Shown in pieces: positions 24,988 to 38,232 of a DNA stretch of 50,575 nt; position 1 is the stretch's first letter, and the number at the start of each line of letters is the position of its first letter. The translations under genes were made by a program, and so were the position numbers. A model generated the notes under the pieces. The model was not told where the DNA came from, searched no databases, and saw only the letters and a program-made list of their open reading frames with translations. The stretch is from Octopus bimaculoides. Lineage: Eukaryota. Location of the stretch: assembly GCF_001194135.2 (NCBI RefSeq), contig NC_068982.1, forward strand, positions 119,765,038-119,815,612, given 5' to 3'.

Positions 24988-25661
24988 TGTTTATGTATAT
25001 GAACCACCGGACTGGTGTCAAACTTGGAAAAGATTATCGGAAACTTTTTGATAATCCCAAAGTAAATCTCCACACCACCCAACTTTTTGAAGATATTTAC
25101 ATTACGTAAGTATATTTTAGTATGTTTTACAAATCTTACATTACAATGTATTTAAATGTAGGTCTGTATTTTTGTGCATCTATGAATGTGTGTTTTGGGG
25201 AGGCTGTACAAAAGTGAATGCATGTGTATATAAACTAAATTTTAGGTATGCGTCGTGAATGTAGTTTCATGTACGCAAGAACCGAACAAACACAAATAAG
25301 TATGGACAGAATCACAATAGTGTGCTCGAGAGTATGTCTTGTTCGACTTTAACAATATCACACTATACAGAAGGTGAACATTTATTAATTACATGTATTC
25401 AAAACCTTCGTTGTTAACAACGGATGGTTTTGGTGTAGTTCAATAGTCTCTGAGTAGTGTTGGTTCTGCAGCATCTCGTAAGCTGTGTTTGACATCAAGC
25501 TTAATGAGCATTTAGATAACGAATACTATTCTGCATTGAAAGATGTTTCAACTGATACAGAATACTTATATCTCGTATTTGCAGAAAATGTTTTCTTTTT
25601 TATATCTTTGTAATTTGATAAAAGGTTATGATTGTGTATATGCATGTATCTCTGTGTATCC

Positions 25662-25697
<36 letters not shown>

Positions 25698-28059
25698 NNN
25701 NNNNNNNNNNNNNNNNNNNNNNNNNNNNNNNNNNNNNNNNNNNNNNNNNNNNNNNNNNNNNNNNNNNNNNNNNNNNNNNNNNNNNNNNNNNNNNNNNNNN
25801 NNNNNNNNNNNNNNNNNNNNNNNNNNNNNNNNNNNNNNNNNNNNNNNNNNNNNNNNNNNNNNNNNNNNNNNNNNNNNNNNNNNNNNNNNNNNNNNNNNNN
25901 NNNNNNNNNNNNNNNNNNNNNTATATATATATATATATATACAAACACACACACACATTTATATACATATATATAATATTAAATAAAATGATAAAATGGA
26001 CGCTAATAATGATGATATAGATTGTCTAATATTGTATTTAAAAAATGAACGTATTTCGTATCTCCATCAAATTGTGTCTATTCAAAGATCAACATAATTG
26101 TGTTAAACTATAGTATTTCAGCGGGTATGTTCATTATAAGCTGCCATTTTTGTATAGGATATTGTCAAGTATGAGTAGTAGCAACTAAAACGGAAGTGGA
26201 CAGTAATGCACAGTAATATATTTAAGTCTATTCGTTATTTTCGTTTATGTTTCTAGTTTTTGATTTCAAATCTTGTCGCGGTTAATGTTACATCTCATGT
26301 CACCCCGTACACGAAAAACTAGAAAATATAACTAATAAAATGAAATATAAAATGAAAAAGACTAGAAAAATGAAATATAAAACTATTTCATGAATGAGGT
26401 ACAAAACAATAGTTACGAACCATGGCATTCACGCTATCGTCGCTCAGTCTGCTGGAAAAAGCAGCTAAATTCCGCTTAACTAGCCTTGTACTGCCTTGTA
26501 AAAGGGAAAATAAGTTTTGAAAGCACAGTGGGATTGTTGTGGCTAAAATGGTTTGAAATAAATATACACAATGAGGATTCATTTGAAATTAAACTAGGCC
26601 AGCACGTTATGAACCAATAAAGTTTCCCTTACAAGGTCACTAAAGCTCTTGGAAATGAAAGCCTATATTCTCGTAAATTGCTCTATAAGGTATTGAGTAG
26701 AAAATTTAAATAAACTTGTCTGAGATAGTACTAAAGAACAGAATGGGAATCGCTAGAACGGCTTGGAGCATAGCTTTACATAATCCAATGATCCTAAGTG
26801 ACATGAAGATGGATGAAGATGAAATAACGAGTACCATTTCTGATTTAATAGAGCCAAAGAGAGATAATTTAGCGAATATTTCACAGCATTTGGACTTTTG
26901 CTTAATAGCCCAAACTTCAAATTTTAACCGAGCACATTTAAAATGTAAAGTACCCCTTTATTATCAGTATCGTTATCTTTCAGAGTCAGAAATTATTTCC
27001 ATCCTGATTACATTTAAGTCTGTTTACATATCTGGTACCCAGCCTTTTTTACAGGTGTAAACATTGTTTTGATCATTGAAAATAGGCCATCGGTTTCATT
27101 GAAGAATAGTCAACTGATCAACAGCCATCAGTTAATAATTCATTAACATGCTGTCTGTGTGCCTACTGCTTCTCCTGCTACTGCACCAACAGCTTCTAAT
27201 TTTATTTCTCTAACATCACCAGACGTATACTATTTTCATTAGGGAAAATCTGAGATAATTCTTCCTTTTCTCATTTCACTTCTGTTAATTTGTATCATAT
27301 CTCATGGCCCAAATTCAGCACATCTGCCAACTTTTCGTTTCCAGCCTACCCGGGCCTTTTCTACCTCTATATGTTCCCAGTGAACGTCATTCGTGTAAAC
27401 GTCAGAGTATGTGTAACGAACTATAAAATCCATTCTCTTCTAACTTACGAACACATAGAAGATTTATATAAGTCATCTTGAGGCACACCACCACAAATAA
27501 AATATCGCAAGAATCACTGGAACTTTAATAAAAAGTCCAGGACCCGTAAAACTTTGTTATACGCAGTACTTTATATACAGTAAATATCATTAATTTACTC
27601 TTTCGCACCAATACTCTACAAACCATGTATAAAAAATTGACATTGAACTTAACGGAAATCAATCAGCATTCTTAACAACAATTAGAAGGTATCAGACATT
27701 TATTTCGATTTTTTAAAAATCAACCCAAATTTCCCATCATTGAAAGTGTCAGTGTCTGATATTCGAAAAGACATCATATCTTTCGCTAACCTTCATGTGT
27801 CGTTGGAGAAGCACATTTTTCATGTTCTTTTTATGGTGTGTGCGTATTTATATTTTGCTACTTTTGTTATTGTTGTTTTTCTCCAAGTCAATCCTGATCA
27901 AACGAAGTTTCATTAAAAAGCATTCCAACCATGCTTATCTCTTCCTCTAGATTTTTCAGACTATATTATCTAAATATAAATGTAAAATTTAATTCCATAG
28001 ATATTAATATTATAGCATCATATATATCTGAAATAATTGACTCAACACCCAAACGTTGC

Positions 28060-28260
28060 TTTCTGCTCTCTTCTCTCCCCGCTCTCTCTCTCTCTTTCTC
28101 TCTCTGCTCTCTTTCCGATCTTTCTTCCCTCCTCCATCTCCCCTCACACTCTTTTCTCTTTCTCTCTCTCTTCTCTCCTCTCTCTCTTCCATCTATAGCT
28201 CTCTATTTATCTCTCTCTCACTTCCTCACTCTCTGTCTGCCTTTCTCTTTCTCACTGCTT
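28060..28260. repeat. CT-rich low-complexity tract
   Basis: Direct reading. Confidence 0.85.
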
Positions 28261-29863
28261 CCAGTACAAAATGGTTTGTTCTTATGCTTTTCTTTTTTAG
28301 CCACTGGTCATATCTCTTCCAGCAGAGTTACGTTCAAAGCCACTCCAGTTTGTAATCACACCGTTTATTCTTGGTATAACTCAGATATAATATATCTACT
28401 ACTGTATTGTCCAAGATAACTAAATATGTGAGTGGTTATAGAGAGATTCGACTGTTTTCTCTACAATCTCAAGTGACCACATAGGAAAGTTTCTAAAGAC
28501 GCACAAAACCTGTACTTTTTCTTCTAATTTCTAAATGTTGAAACTGAAATATTCTCATAGATTATGCTCTGCTTCAGAATTTAGTGCGGCAAGGTTGAAA
28601 TATAGTAGTGTGTATGCAATCATAGCCTTTCAAGAAAGAGAGGTTAGTAAAACTTCTTATATGAAGACCTTTATAGGTGGTAGATTTAAATCACAAGGGT
28701 TAAATCCTATAGTGGTACTTCTGTGTTTGCGCCAATGATACAAGAAATATCACCGAGCCGATTGACAAACAAAGAGTAACAGGGAAGCTCACTAAAACAC
28801 AAGACAGAAAACTATGAACAGAGACGTGTGTGTGTTTACATATACACACGCATACACACACACACATACACACATACACACACATATATATATATGCATA
28901 CATATATGTATATATATATGCATATATATGTATATGTATATATGCATATATANNNNNNNNNNNNNNNNNNNNNNNNNNNNNNNNNNNNNNNNNNNNNNNN
29001 NNNNNNNNNNNNNNNNNNNNNNNNNNNNNNNNNNNNNNNNNNNNNNNNNNNNNNNNNNNNNNNNNNNNNNNNNNNNNNNNNNNNNNNNNNNNNNNNNNNN
29101 NNNNNNNNNNNNNNNNNNNNNNNNNNNNNNNNNNNNNNNNNNNNNNNNNNNNNNNNNNNNNNNNNNNNNNNNNNNNNNNNNNNNNNNNNNNNNNNNNNNN
29201 NNNNNNNNNNNNNNNNNNNNNNNNNNNNNNNNNNNNNNNNNNNNNNNNNNNNNNNNNNNNNNNNNNNNNNNNNNNNNNNNNNNNNNNNNNNNNNNNNNNN
29301 NNNNNNNNNNNNNNNNNNNNNNNNNNNNNNNNNNNNNNNNNNNNNNNNNNNNNNNNNNNNNNNNNNNNNNNNNNNNNNNNNNNNNNNNNNNNNNNNNNNN
29401 NNNNNNNNNNNNNNNNNNNNNNNNNNNNNNNNNNNNNNNNNNNNNNNNNNNNNNNNNNNNNNNNNNNNNNNNNNNNNNNNNNNNNNNNNNNNNNNNNNNN
29501 NNNNNNNNNNNNNNNNNNNNNNNNNNNNNNNNNNNNNNNNNNNNNNNNNNNNNNNNNNNNNNNNNNNNNNNNNNNNNNNNNNNNNNNNNNNNNNNNNNNN
29601 NNNNNNNNNNNNNNNNNNNNNNNNNNNNNNNNNNNNNNNNNNNNNNNNNNNNNNNNNNNNNNNNNNNNNNNNNNNNNNNNNNNNNNNNNNNNNNNNNNNN
29701 NNNNNNNNNNNNNNNNNNNNNNNNNNNNNNNNNNATATATATATATATATATAAATATATATATATGTGCATATAGAATATTAAAAATATATCGATATTG
29801 CTTACAACAATATCATTGGCTTAGCATACGTAAAAATCCATAAAGTTAAATAATTATTAATTA

Positions 29864-30307
29864 ATAATAAATGGTACTAAAGATAACACCAACATGCTAA
29901 AATAGTAGGCAAAAACGACTTAAAGACACAAATTTTCACTAAAACACAGAGGTGATATCGGGGTAATGGGCAAAAATAAACTTAAACGCCCATACAAATG
30001 ATGAAAAATATCGTAAATTCAAAAGCCAGACATACCCGTATCGCAGCGATTTCAAACTGTAGGTCAGTAAGACTCGCTGAGGATGATTAAGTGATATTTT
30101 CACAAATTTTCAAATCGCTGCGATACGGGTACGTCTGGCTTTTCAATTTATAAATTTTTTCGTCATTTCTATGGGGTCTTAAGGTAATTTTTGCCCAATG
30201 TTTTACCCATTTCCCCATTTCACCTGTTTTAGTGAAAATTTGTGGTCTTAAGTCATTTTTTACTGCTACTTTAAAACGCTGGTGTTATCTCTAGTACAGT
30301 TTATTAT
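29864..30307. mobile_element. About 440-bp fold-back (MITE-like) element; arms about 29864-30056 and 30108-30307
   Basis: gtactaaagataacacc..cacaaattttcactaaaaca..aaaagccagacatacccgtatcgcagcgattt matches the reverse complement of the right arm (gtactagagataacacc..cacaaattttcactaaaaca..aaaagccagacgtacccgtatcgcagcgattt). No ORF. Confidence 0.88.
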
Positions 30308-30330
30308 AAATAAACTGTATTAATAAACTG

Positions 30331-31345
30331 TGGTGACCCTCAGGGGACTGTCGTGGGCCCGCTCCTCTTTATAATCTCCATAAACGACCTTTCCAGCGTT
30401 GTAAATCACTACAAAGTTAAAATATTTGCTGACGTCATTAAGCCCCAGCAAATTATCAATGAAGAAGAAGACCGAACTCAACTCCAGTCTGATTTATATG
30501 CTGTGAGTCAATGGGCAGACAAAAACAAAATACAACTAAACGAGGGAAAATTTCAGCTGAAGCATTTTGGAAGGAAGTCTATACTAAAACAGCCATACTG
30601 TCTTCCTTCAGGGGAACCGCTCACAGCATCTAATAATATCATAGACCTGGGTGTAATTGTTGATAACAATCTCAGTTGGAGTGCCAACATCAACAATAAG
30701 GTCGATATAGCTCGTAGGATGAGCTCCTGGTTCTTAAGAACATTCCGGTCCAGAGAACAAGGTGTCATAATTCCATGTTTCTCCTCCTTTGTACGGTCAC
30801 ACCCCGAATACTGCTGCCCCTTGTGGTCTCCCCATACAAAACAAATCATCTCGAAAATTGAATCACTCCAGAGGGCACTCACGAAACGAATTTAAGGCAT
30901 GACTGATATCGATTACTGGGACTGACTTAAAGCCTTTAAACTCTACTCTCTCTAGCGCCGCCGCAAGAGGAACATCATTTGTACTATGCGGAGAATATAC
31001 CGCCAGCATTGCCCAAACGACCTCAACATTAGTTTCAAGGTTCATCCAAGGCTGGAACCACGGGCTATATGTCCCCTGTCCATTTCAGGATCACAACATA
31101 TAGATACACTGCGACACAATTTCTTTTCCTCAATAGGTCCTGCCCTGTTTAACATTGTCCCAAAACTGATCAAAGGGGAAAAGGATCTCATCACATTTAA
31201 ATGGAGTTCTTCCAGGAATACCTGCATACAACTCACTCAACAGGAACTCACTACTTGAATGGACCATAATACTACAAAACTTTAAAAAGGATTTAGATAA
31301 TCAATAGGAACTGAAAGAAAGGTGATATAGGTATCTGTCAAAGAT
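30331..31345 (+). mobile_element. CR1-clade LINE, 5'-truncated RT C-terminal half
   Basis: GDPQGTVVGPLLFIISINDL..KIFADVIK (decayed FADD)..KFQLKHFG..DLGVIVDNNLSW..FVRSHPEYCCPLWSPHTKQIISKIESLQRALTKRI..RRRKRNII. Confidence 0.92.
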
Positions 31346-31391
31346 CACTAGAAGTGGTTTATCGTTGAACAGATATACATAAACATACACA

Positions 31392-31830
31392 CATTGATGA
31401 TTTGCTGGAGCTTAGTGGCATCTGAAAATATTTTCACTTTGCAGTGATTTACGACGCTGGAAAGGTCATTTATGCAGATTATAAAGAGAAGCGGGCTCAA
31501 GACAGTCCTCCGAGGGACACCACTGGTGATTTTTGCTGGTCTTGAGAGGACTCCATCGACCACAGCATGTTGTGTTCTATTCGCCAGGAAATGCTTACTC
31601 CAGTGTAGAAGTTTTCAACGGATTCCAACATTTGCCAATTGTGAAAGTAAAATATTATGGTCAACCCTGTCGAGCGCTTTACTGAAGTCAAGGTGTATGA
31701 CATCAGAATTTCTAACTTGTTCCCAAGGCTTTAAGTATATCTTCAATGTGGTGTAAGAGCTGTGTTAGACAGTCCTTGCCACAGCGAAATTTTTACTAAT
31801 CACTAGAATTGTTCCGACGCATTTAGCATT
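31392..31830 (-). mobile_element. Second CR1 RT fragment, inverted
   Basis: CLTQLLHHIEDILK..VIHLDFSKALDRVDHNILL..RTQHAVVDGVLS..SGVPRRTVLSPLLFIICINDLSSVVNHCKVKIFSDATKLQQIIN. Confidence 0.9.
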
Positions 31831-33199
31831 GATCCCTCACAAGTGGAAAACTTGATAACTGGTTCCGGTGCATCTGACGGTGCAGATGTGTCCTTTCGGG
31901 TGATAAATAATAATTCCACAATGTATCTTCTCATTTTGTGTAAAGAAAAGTAGCAAATTAAAAGATATAGCTTCATTTATATAGATCAATAAGAAATTAA
32001 CAGATGCAAAAATGAGAGGAACATGCAATAACGTGAAAAAAGTATTCAGAATAACCGTTAACGGATATCGATGTATAAACGCCCTTGCGTAAATTATATG
32101 GCGCATGGGCATTCACAAAGATGCAAGCATACGCACACTTGTGGTTTGGCGCACGTACGTTCACATAGCGAGTTAAAAATCTACTAGGTGTTTATAAGAA
32201 TGGGGAGGTTAAAGATAAATTTAATTCATCCATGTCTTAAGGTAAATTATGCTAACAGGTACCTTAATTCATTCCAACTGTATTGTGGAGAAAGTAGGCA
32301 TTTTGAGAGTCTTTCAGAAATTCTATTCATGATCCCGTTGGTCGACAGAATAGACAGGGATTCCTCGGAACAGAGTTGGCATCTCCTGGAAAGGATATGA
32401 TATGGTTTTACGTGCATTGTTATGGACCAAGTTACGTTATACTAAATTTTATCTTAAGTCGCCAAACACTGTGGGCCAGATATGTTGAATGTCTCTTATT
32501 GATTTTATATACATACAAACGTACATAGATAACAGTAAAATAAATCAGTATTCAATTCATAACTGCAAAGATAATGAGTATTGTAATTACCGTTTCTTCT
32601 ATAACTACAACTAAAAAGAATCTGATTACTTGTCGAGCTGAGATTTTCGTTCTGTCCCTCGTTTCTGTCGTTGTTGATGTGCCATGCCATGTTGATTCTA
32701 GTAACTCTATACATAGAAAATTCAAGTTTCAGTCCAAAGTCACTACGATTGTGGATAAAAGGCTCCCTCAGTTAACTCGTCTGAAGATTAACCACTTATT
32801 TAATAAGGCTCATAACTGCGGATTCAAAGTTAGCTATAGTATTCATCGTTTTCTTCGATAAATAGTTTCCCACACCAAATATGTGACATGTCACTTCGAG
32901 TTACGTATGTTATGTATGCATGAGAAGACAGGTAAAACAAAAAATACAGATCTGCACGTATACATACACACAAAAATACCCTATTGGCGTTGTTGAATTT
33001 CCAATGAAAGAGCTTTGGATCTAGGTTAGAACACGGGTCTGTCTCTATTGGGAAGAAATCTTCAAAAAAAAAATGAATAATGGCATCCATACATGCATAC
33101 ATACGTACATACATGCATACCTAAATATATACATATACGACGCTGGCCCCGGCTAAGCAAAATATATTTTACTTGCAACACTACTTTCCGCGATTACTA

Positions 33200-33247
33200 G
33201 TATTGTTGTTACTGCTACTGCTGCTGCTGCTGGTGGTGGTGGTGGTG

Positions 33248-33307
<60 letters not shown>

Positions 33308-33320
33308 TAGCTGCTGCTAC
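33200..33320. repeat. (CTG)n/(GGT)n/(CTA)n trinucleotide tract
   Basis: Direct reading; source of the poly-Ser pseudo-ORF. Confidence 0.95.
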
Positions 33321-33761
33321 TATATATATATATANNNNNNNNNNNNNNNNNNNNNNNNNNNNNNNNNNNNNNNNNNNNNNNNNNNNNNNNNNNNNNNNNN
33401 NNNNNNNNNNNNNNNNNNNNNNNNNNNNNNNNNNNNNNNNNNTATATATACATATATATGTATGTATCTATATATACATATATATATATATATACACATA
33501 TTTATTTTATTTTATTTTATATTATATATTGTATATTATATTATATATTGTATATTCCATATTCTATACCCCACATTGGTTCTGCAGGAATATAAATAAA
33601 ACATAAAAAACAGACAGTGTTGGAACTCTTTTAAACTAAATAATATATTCCTCTATACACAATCATACAAAAAACCCCACCTTTTTTGTATTTATTTTTA
33701 CTCGCATATATATATATATATACACACATACATACATATGTATTTATCTATATATGCATCA

Positions 33762-33797
<36 letters not shown>

Positions 33798-34633
33798 GAC
33801 ATGTACTAAAAGACAGATATCGCACATGCATGCACACCATATACACAATCATAGATATATGCATGATATATATACAGGGAGAGAAAGAGAGAGGGAGAGG
33901 GACATAGAGACAGAGGCAGACAGAACAGATATAAAACATTACAATGAAACTCCAGTGATGTCTTAGAAAATTAACTGACACTTCCATAAAGGATACTATC
34001 TTTGTTTACACTACACGCATTGACTGTATTTTTTAACGTAATATTTATCTTTTCTTGCAATCATCATTTACTTGTTTAATCTCTCAAGAAAATCATAGAT
34101 GAAACAAATAACAGTGGAGCACTCGTTGATAGCAATTTGATTAAATGCGCATGAACAAGCGCTGTGACATGTACTTTCAGCCTAATTGAAGTATAACTAC
34201 CTATTATTATATTGTATTGAAAGTAAACTTGTTCGTCGTGATAATAAGCTACAAGTTGCATGCGTCGTGATCAACTCCTACAAATACCATGTCTGAAAGG
34301 AAATAGAGTAACAGTAAATATTTATTGTTGTCTAAACAAAAGTCGATTCTAGTTCATTAGAATGCTTAATGTTGCAGTTTCCGGTGTTTGTCTTTGTCAA
34401 TTTTGTCTTGCGTTTTGGTTTTCTGCCATTTATTTTGTGTTTTTACTTGTTTTGCTCTACTCGTCGAACAGTTTTCTTTTAGAAATGCGTTCTATTATCA
34501 TTGTTTTATTTTCATTTACACCAATATAGAACTAACATCATATATCATTGGACATACTGTGTATGTGTGTGGGGGTATCTGTGTATGTGTGTGTGTTTAT
34601 GTGTGTATGAATATATATTTATACAAATATTTA

Positions 34634-34635
<2 letters not shown>

Positions 34636-34698
<63 letters not shown>

Positions 34699-34820
34699 TT
34701 AGAGAGATAGAGACAGACAGACAGAGACAGACAGACAGACATACAGACAGAAAGACAGACACACAGAATGAAATAGATACATACATACATACATACATAC
34801 ATACATACATACATACATAC
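34636..34820. repeat. (TA)n/(GA)n/(GACA)n/(TACA)n compound microsatellite
   Basis: Direct reading. Confidence 0.95.
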
Positions 34821-35171
34821 GTGTGTGAACACATGTACGAGTGTGTTTGCACTGGAATATGTAATCTAATATACCAGCTAGAATATACAAGCAAAATGCA
34901 GCAGGATATGCCAATATTGGTATTAATATAAATATCAATTTATTCTAGGCACGGTGGTGTGTTCTGGCTCATAATTCAATTTTGTATGTGAAGAGAGCTC
35001 TGCACAAATTTTAAAATGAAGTTTTGGGGTATTCCATGTTATTAATCGTTGATTCTGTGAACAGAACATCTTCTAAGATGTTATATGATGTCAACGTAAA
35101 CGTAATCTACGTAAGATGGTATAGCTAAATACATTATTAATAATCTCTCGTGTTATATATATATGTATAGC

Positions 35172-35180
35172 TAGATAGAT

Positions 35181-35259
<79 letters not shown>

Positions 35260-35260
35260 C
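35172..35260. repeat. (GATA)n microsatellite
   Basis: Direct reading. Confidence 0.95.
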
Positions 35261-36131
35261 AGAGAGATACAGAGATTCACACACAAATATACACACGCTG
35301 ATATGTGTGGGGGTGGGGGTGCGCGCGCGCGCGCGTGACATTTTAATGAATGAACAACTGATGCAATTTGCTGTGAGATCTGTAGGAAGGATTGAACATA
35401 CGGCTAGCAGACCTTCCCCGAGGAAGGTCCTAACTAAAAATAGGCCAAGACTAAACAACATCAAATATCTATTGTGCCACTGCCCGGCCAAAGATTACAT
35501 ATCTACGGTCCTATGTCGAGTGTAATATCACATGTAGAAAATGTAATGAATTCTACATCGAAATTTCCATGAGTGAAGTGCACATACACGTTAAAAAACA
35601 GCACAATGGGGAAATAAAGCAGATACAGAAATGCTACACCCAAAACATTTAGGTTTCCACTGAATTAACAGAGAAAGAACATGGGTAAGTCGAAAATATG
35701 CACTATACGCACTGGCTACTATAGCAATACAAAGCAAATCTTCATAAATACACACTACTGACAGAATAAAGAAGTCAGCAAAGAGCACTTGTCTTCGAAG
35801 ATTTTCTGAAAAATGTTCCTAACTCTCAAATATTGAAATACTAGGCAAAATACTATACACCAACCTGTATTAATATTTTTTTTTATGACTGCCATTGTTT
35901 TTGTTATTGAAAAAAAAAGATAATAAAACACACTCAGACATACTCAAATATGTATATGTGCGTGTAGCTACTCTTCAGGCGAAGGACATTTTGATTAGAT
36001 ATATACNNNNNNNNNNNNNNNNNNNNNNNNNNNNNNNNNNNNNNNNNNNNNNNNNNNNNNTATATATATATATATATACATATATACATGCATATAGATA
36101 CAGTTTATAAGTGTATATGTACACACACACA

Positions 36132-36174
<43 letters not shown>

Positions 36175-37138
36175 AAATATATATATATATATATGTTTGT
36201 GTTTGTGTGTGTATGTATGTATGTATGCATTTATGTAGAAATATAAAGATATATATATATATAATGTTTAGTGGTCGATATGAACGATATGAAATATATT
36301 GTGAATTAGGAACTCAGCAGGATAATATTGTTAAATACATTTTTTTCCAAAGAAGCCTGTGACTTATATTTGGAAAGTTAATATTGAAGATATCTGTCGT
36401 AAATTATTAGAGGTTTAGCTTATTTTATAGTAGACGGAGAAAAAATATCGCTGAAGGAATTAATATATTGAAATATATAGAAACATGCCGAGCAAATATG
36501 TAATATTTCAAGGCTGAAAACATCAATAGAAACAAAGTTCCAGAATTTGATAGTTGGAAAATAAATGTGTTCCTCAGTTAATATAAAGAAGAACAAAGAC
36601 GGCAGAATATATAGAGTTAGCTTTTATTATTTGAGCTTAATATTTATATTGTTTAGTTTATAGAGGAATAGTTCAAGATACATAAAATACTATGAAATTA
36701 ATTCTTAGAAGGTTTCTACATTATTCTGTCTTGTAAGAAATATTGAATTGAGATTAAATTAAAAATTGAATCTATAAATATAATTGAATTGTATTTTCAC
36801 TTTTAAGGACTAATTTCGATTAATAACAGATTATGAAAAATATCAAATTAATAAAAGTAGAAAAAGTGATAATTGGAACGGGATAGAAAATTATTTTGCC
36901 CAAAAAGTATTACAAAACAACTAAAATATATTAAAATGATTATCTAGTCGGATGTATGTATTAACCAAAAATACGCACTAAGGAAGTTTTTTTGTGTGAA
37001 AGATGATTATAAGGTATCGAAAAGAGTTAAAATAGATAACAAAATATAGTAAAAACATAAGTGTTACACATCATTGGTATATGTACTGTATTAGGAAACC
37101 AAACAATACGCAAAAATATTTATTAAATTCCATAGATT

Positions 37139-37290
37139 CAGGCGTTCAACTAGTGCCTATTTTATTGACCCCGAGAGGATGAAAGGCAGAGTCGACCCCG
37201 GTGGCGCTTGAACTCAAAAGGTAAATACGGACGAAATGTCGCTAAGACGTTTGTTCGGTGTGCTAACGATTTTAAAATCTCCACGCCTTA
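37139..37290 (-). mobile_element. tRNA-derived SINE (same family as 8678-8890), 3'-truncated
   Basis: The reverse complement reads ..aatcgttagcacaccgaacaaacgtcttagcgacatttcgtccg..gagttcaagcgccaccggggtcgactctgcctttcatcctctcggggtcaataaaatag. Confidence 0.8.
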
Positions 37291-37317
37291 GTGTACGTTA
37301 ATATTGATAATTACTAT

Positions 37318-37526
37318 AAGATGGCGGTCTGGAATAATTGTTAACGCGCCGGACCAAATGCTTAACGGCACTTCGTCCGTGTTTATGTTCTGAGTTTAAA
37401 TGCTGCCTGGGTTGACTTTACCTTTCATCCTTTCGGACTCCATAAAATGTACCAGTTGAGCGCTGGGGTTGATGTAATTGAATTTTTCCTTCGCAACTGC
37501 TGGCCTTGTACCAAAATTTGAAACCA
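37318..37526 (+). mobile_element. tRNA-derived SINE (same family as 8678-8890)
   Basis: ..aaatgcttaacggcacttcgtccg..ttgactttacctttcatcctttcgg..taccagttgagcgctggggttgatgtaattg..ccaaaatttgaaacc; the 3' end is shared with the 8678 copy. Confidence 0.8.
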
Positions 37527-37767
37527 ATATTGCTAATTAAATATAGAGCAGAGTGAAAATATCCCAAAGCGAATACAAGGTATGCTTTCTCATACAAAAT
37601 TGAATGAATTTAAAGGCATTTTCTAACTAAAATTATCCAAGCAATTAGTAACGAAAGCTCAGTCAAAAGCAAAGAAGATGGCTCACTTAAATCAGCCTAC
37701 TAAAAATTTGGAAAACTGTAATGATACACAGGGGAATGCATCAAGTCTTTAAAAAGAAACCAAATCA

Positions 37768-38186
37768 GGCGGAGGAGTGGCTGTGTGGTAAGTAGCTTGC
37801 TTACGAACCAGATGGTTCCGGTTTCAGTCCCACAGCGTGGCACCTTTGGCAAATGTCTTCTACTATAGCCTCGGGCCGACCAAAGCCTTCTGAGTGGATT
37901 TGGTAGACGGAAACTGAAAGAAGCCCGTCGTATATACATACACACGCACACACTGGAAACAAAACACACACACACACTACATATACATATACATACACGC
38001 ACACACACATACTTCAAACTACCAGTACTTTTCTACTGACCATTCTCCGACGCACATGTGTAGGTAGACACACAACAGGCAGCCACTCCTACCAACATTG
38101 TTACTATAAATTCTTCCTATGACCTTAAACGATACTATGTCCAACCATACACATGCTATAATTACACACTCACATACACACTCACA

Positions 38187-38232
<46 letters not shown>

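Noticed and set aside
30331-31830. Twin-priming 5' inversion of a single CR1
   Set aside because: The inverted piece lies 3' of the sense piece, the wrong side for twin priming.
35410-35429. Perfect 8-bp hairpin GACCTTCC-CCGA-GGAAGGTC
   Set aside because: Isolated; no ribozyme, tRNA or terminator context. Such hairpins arise by chance in 50 kb.
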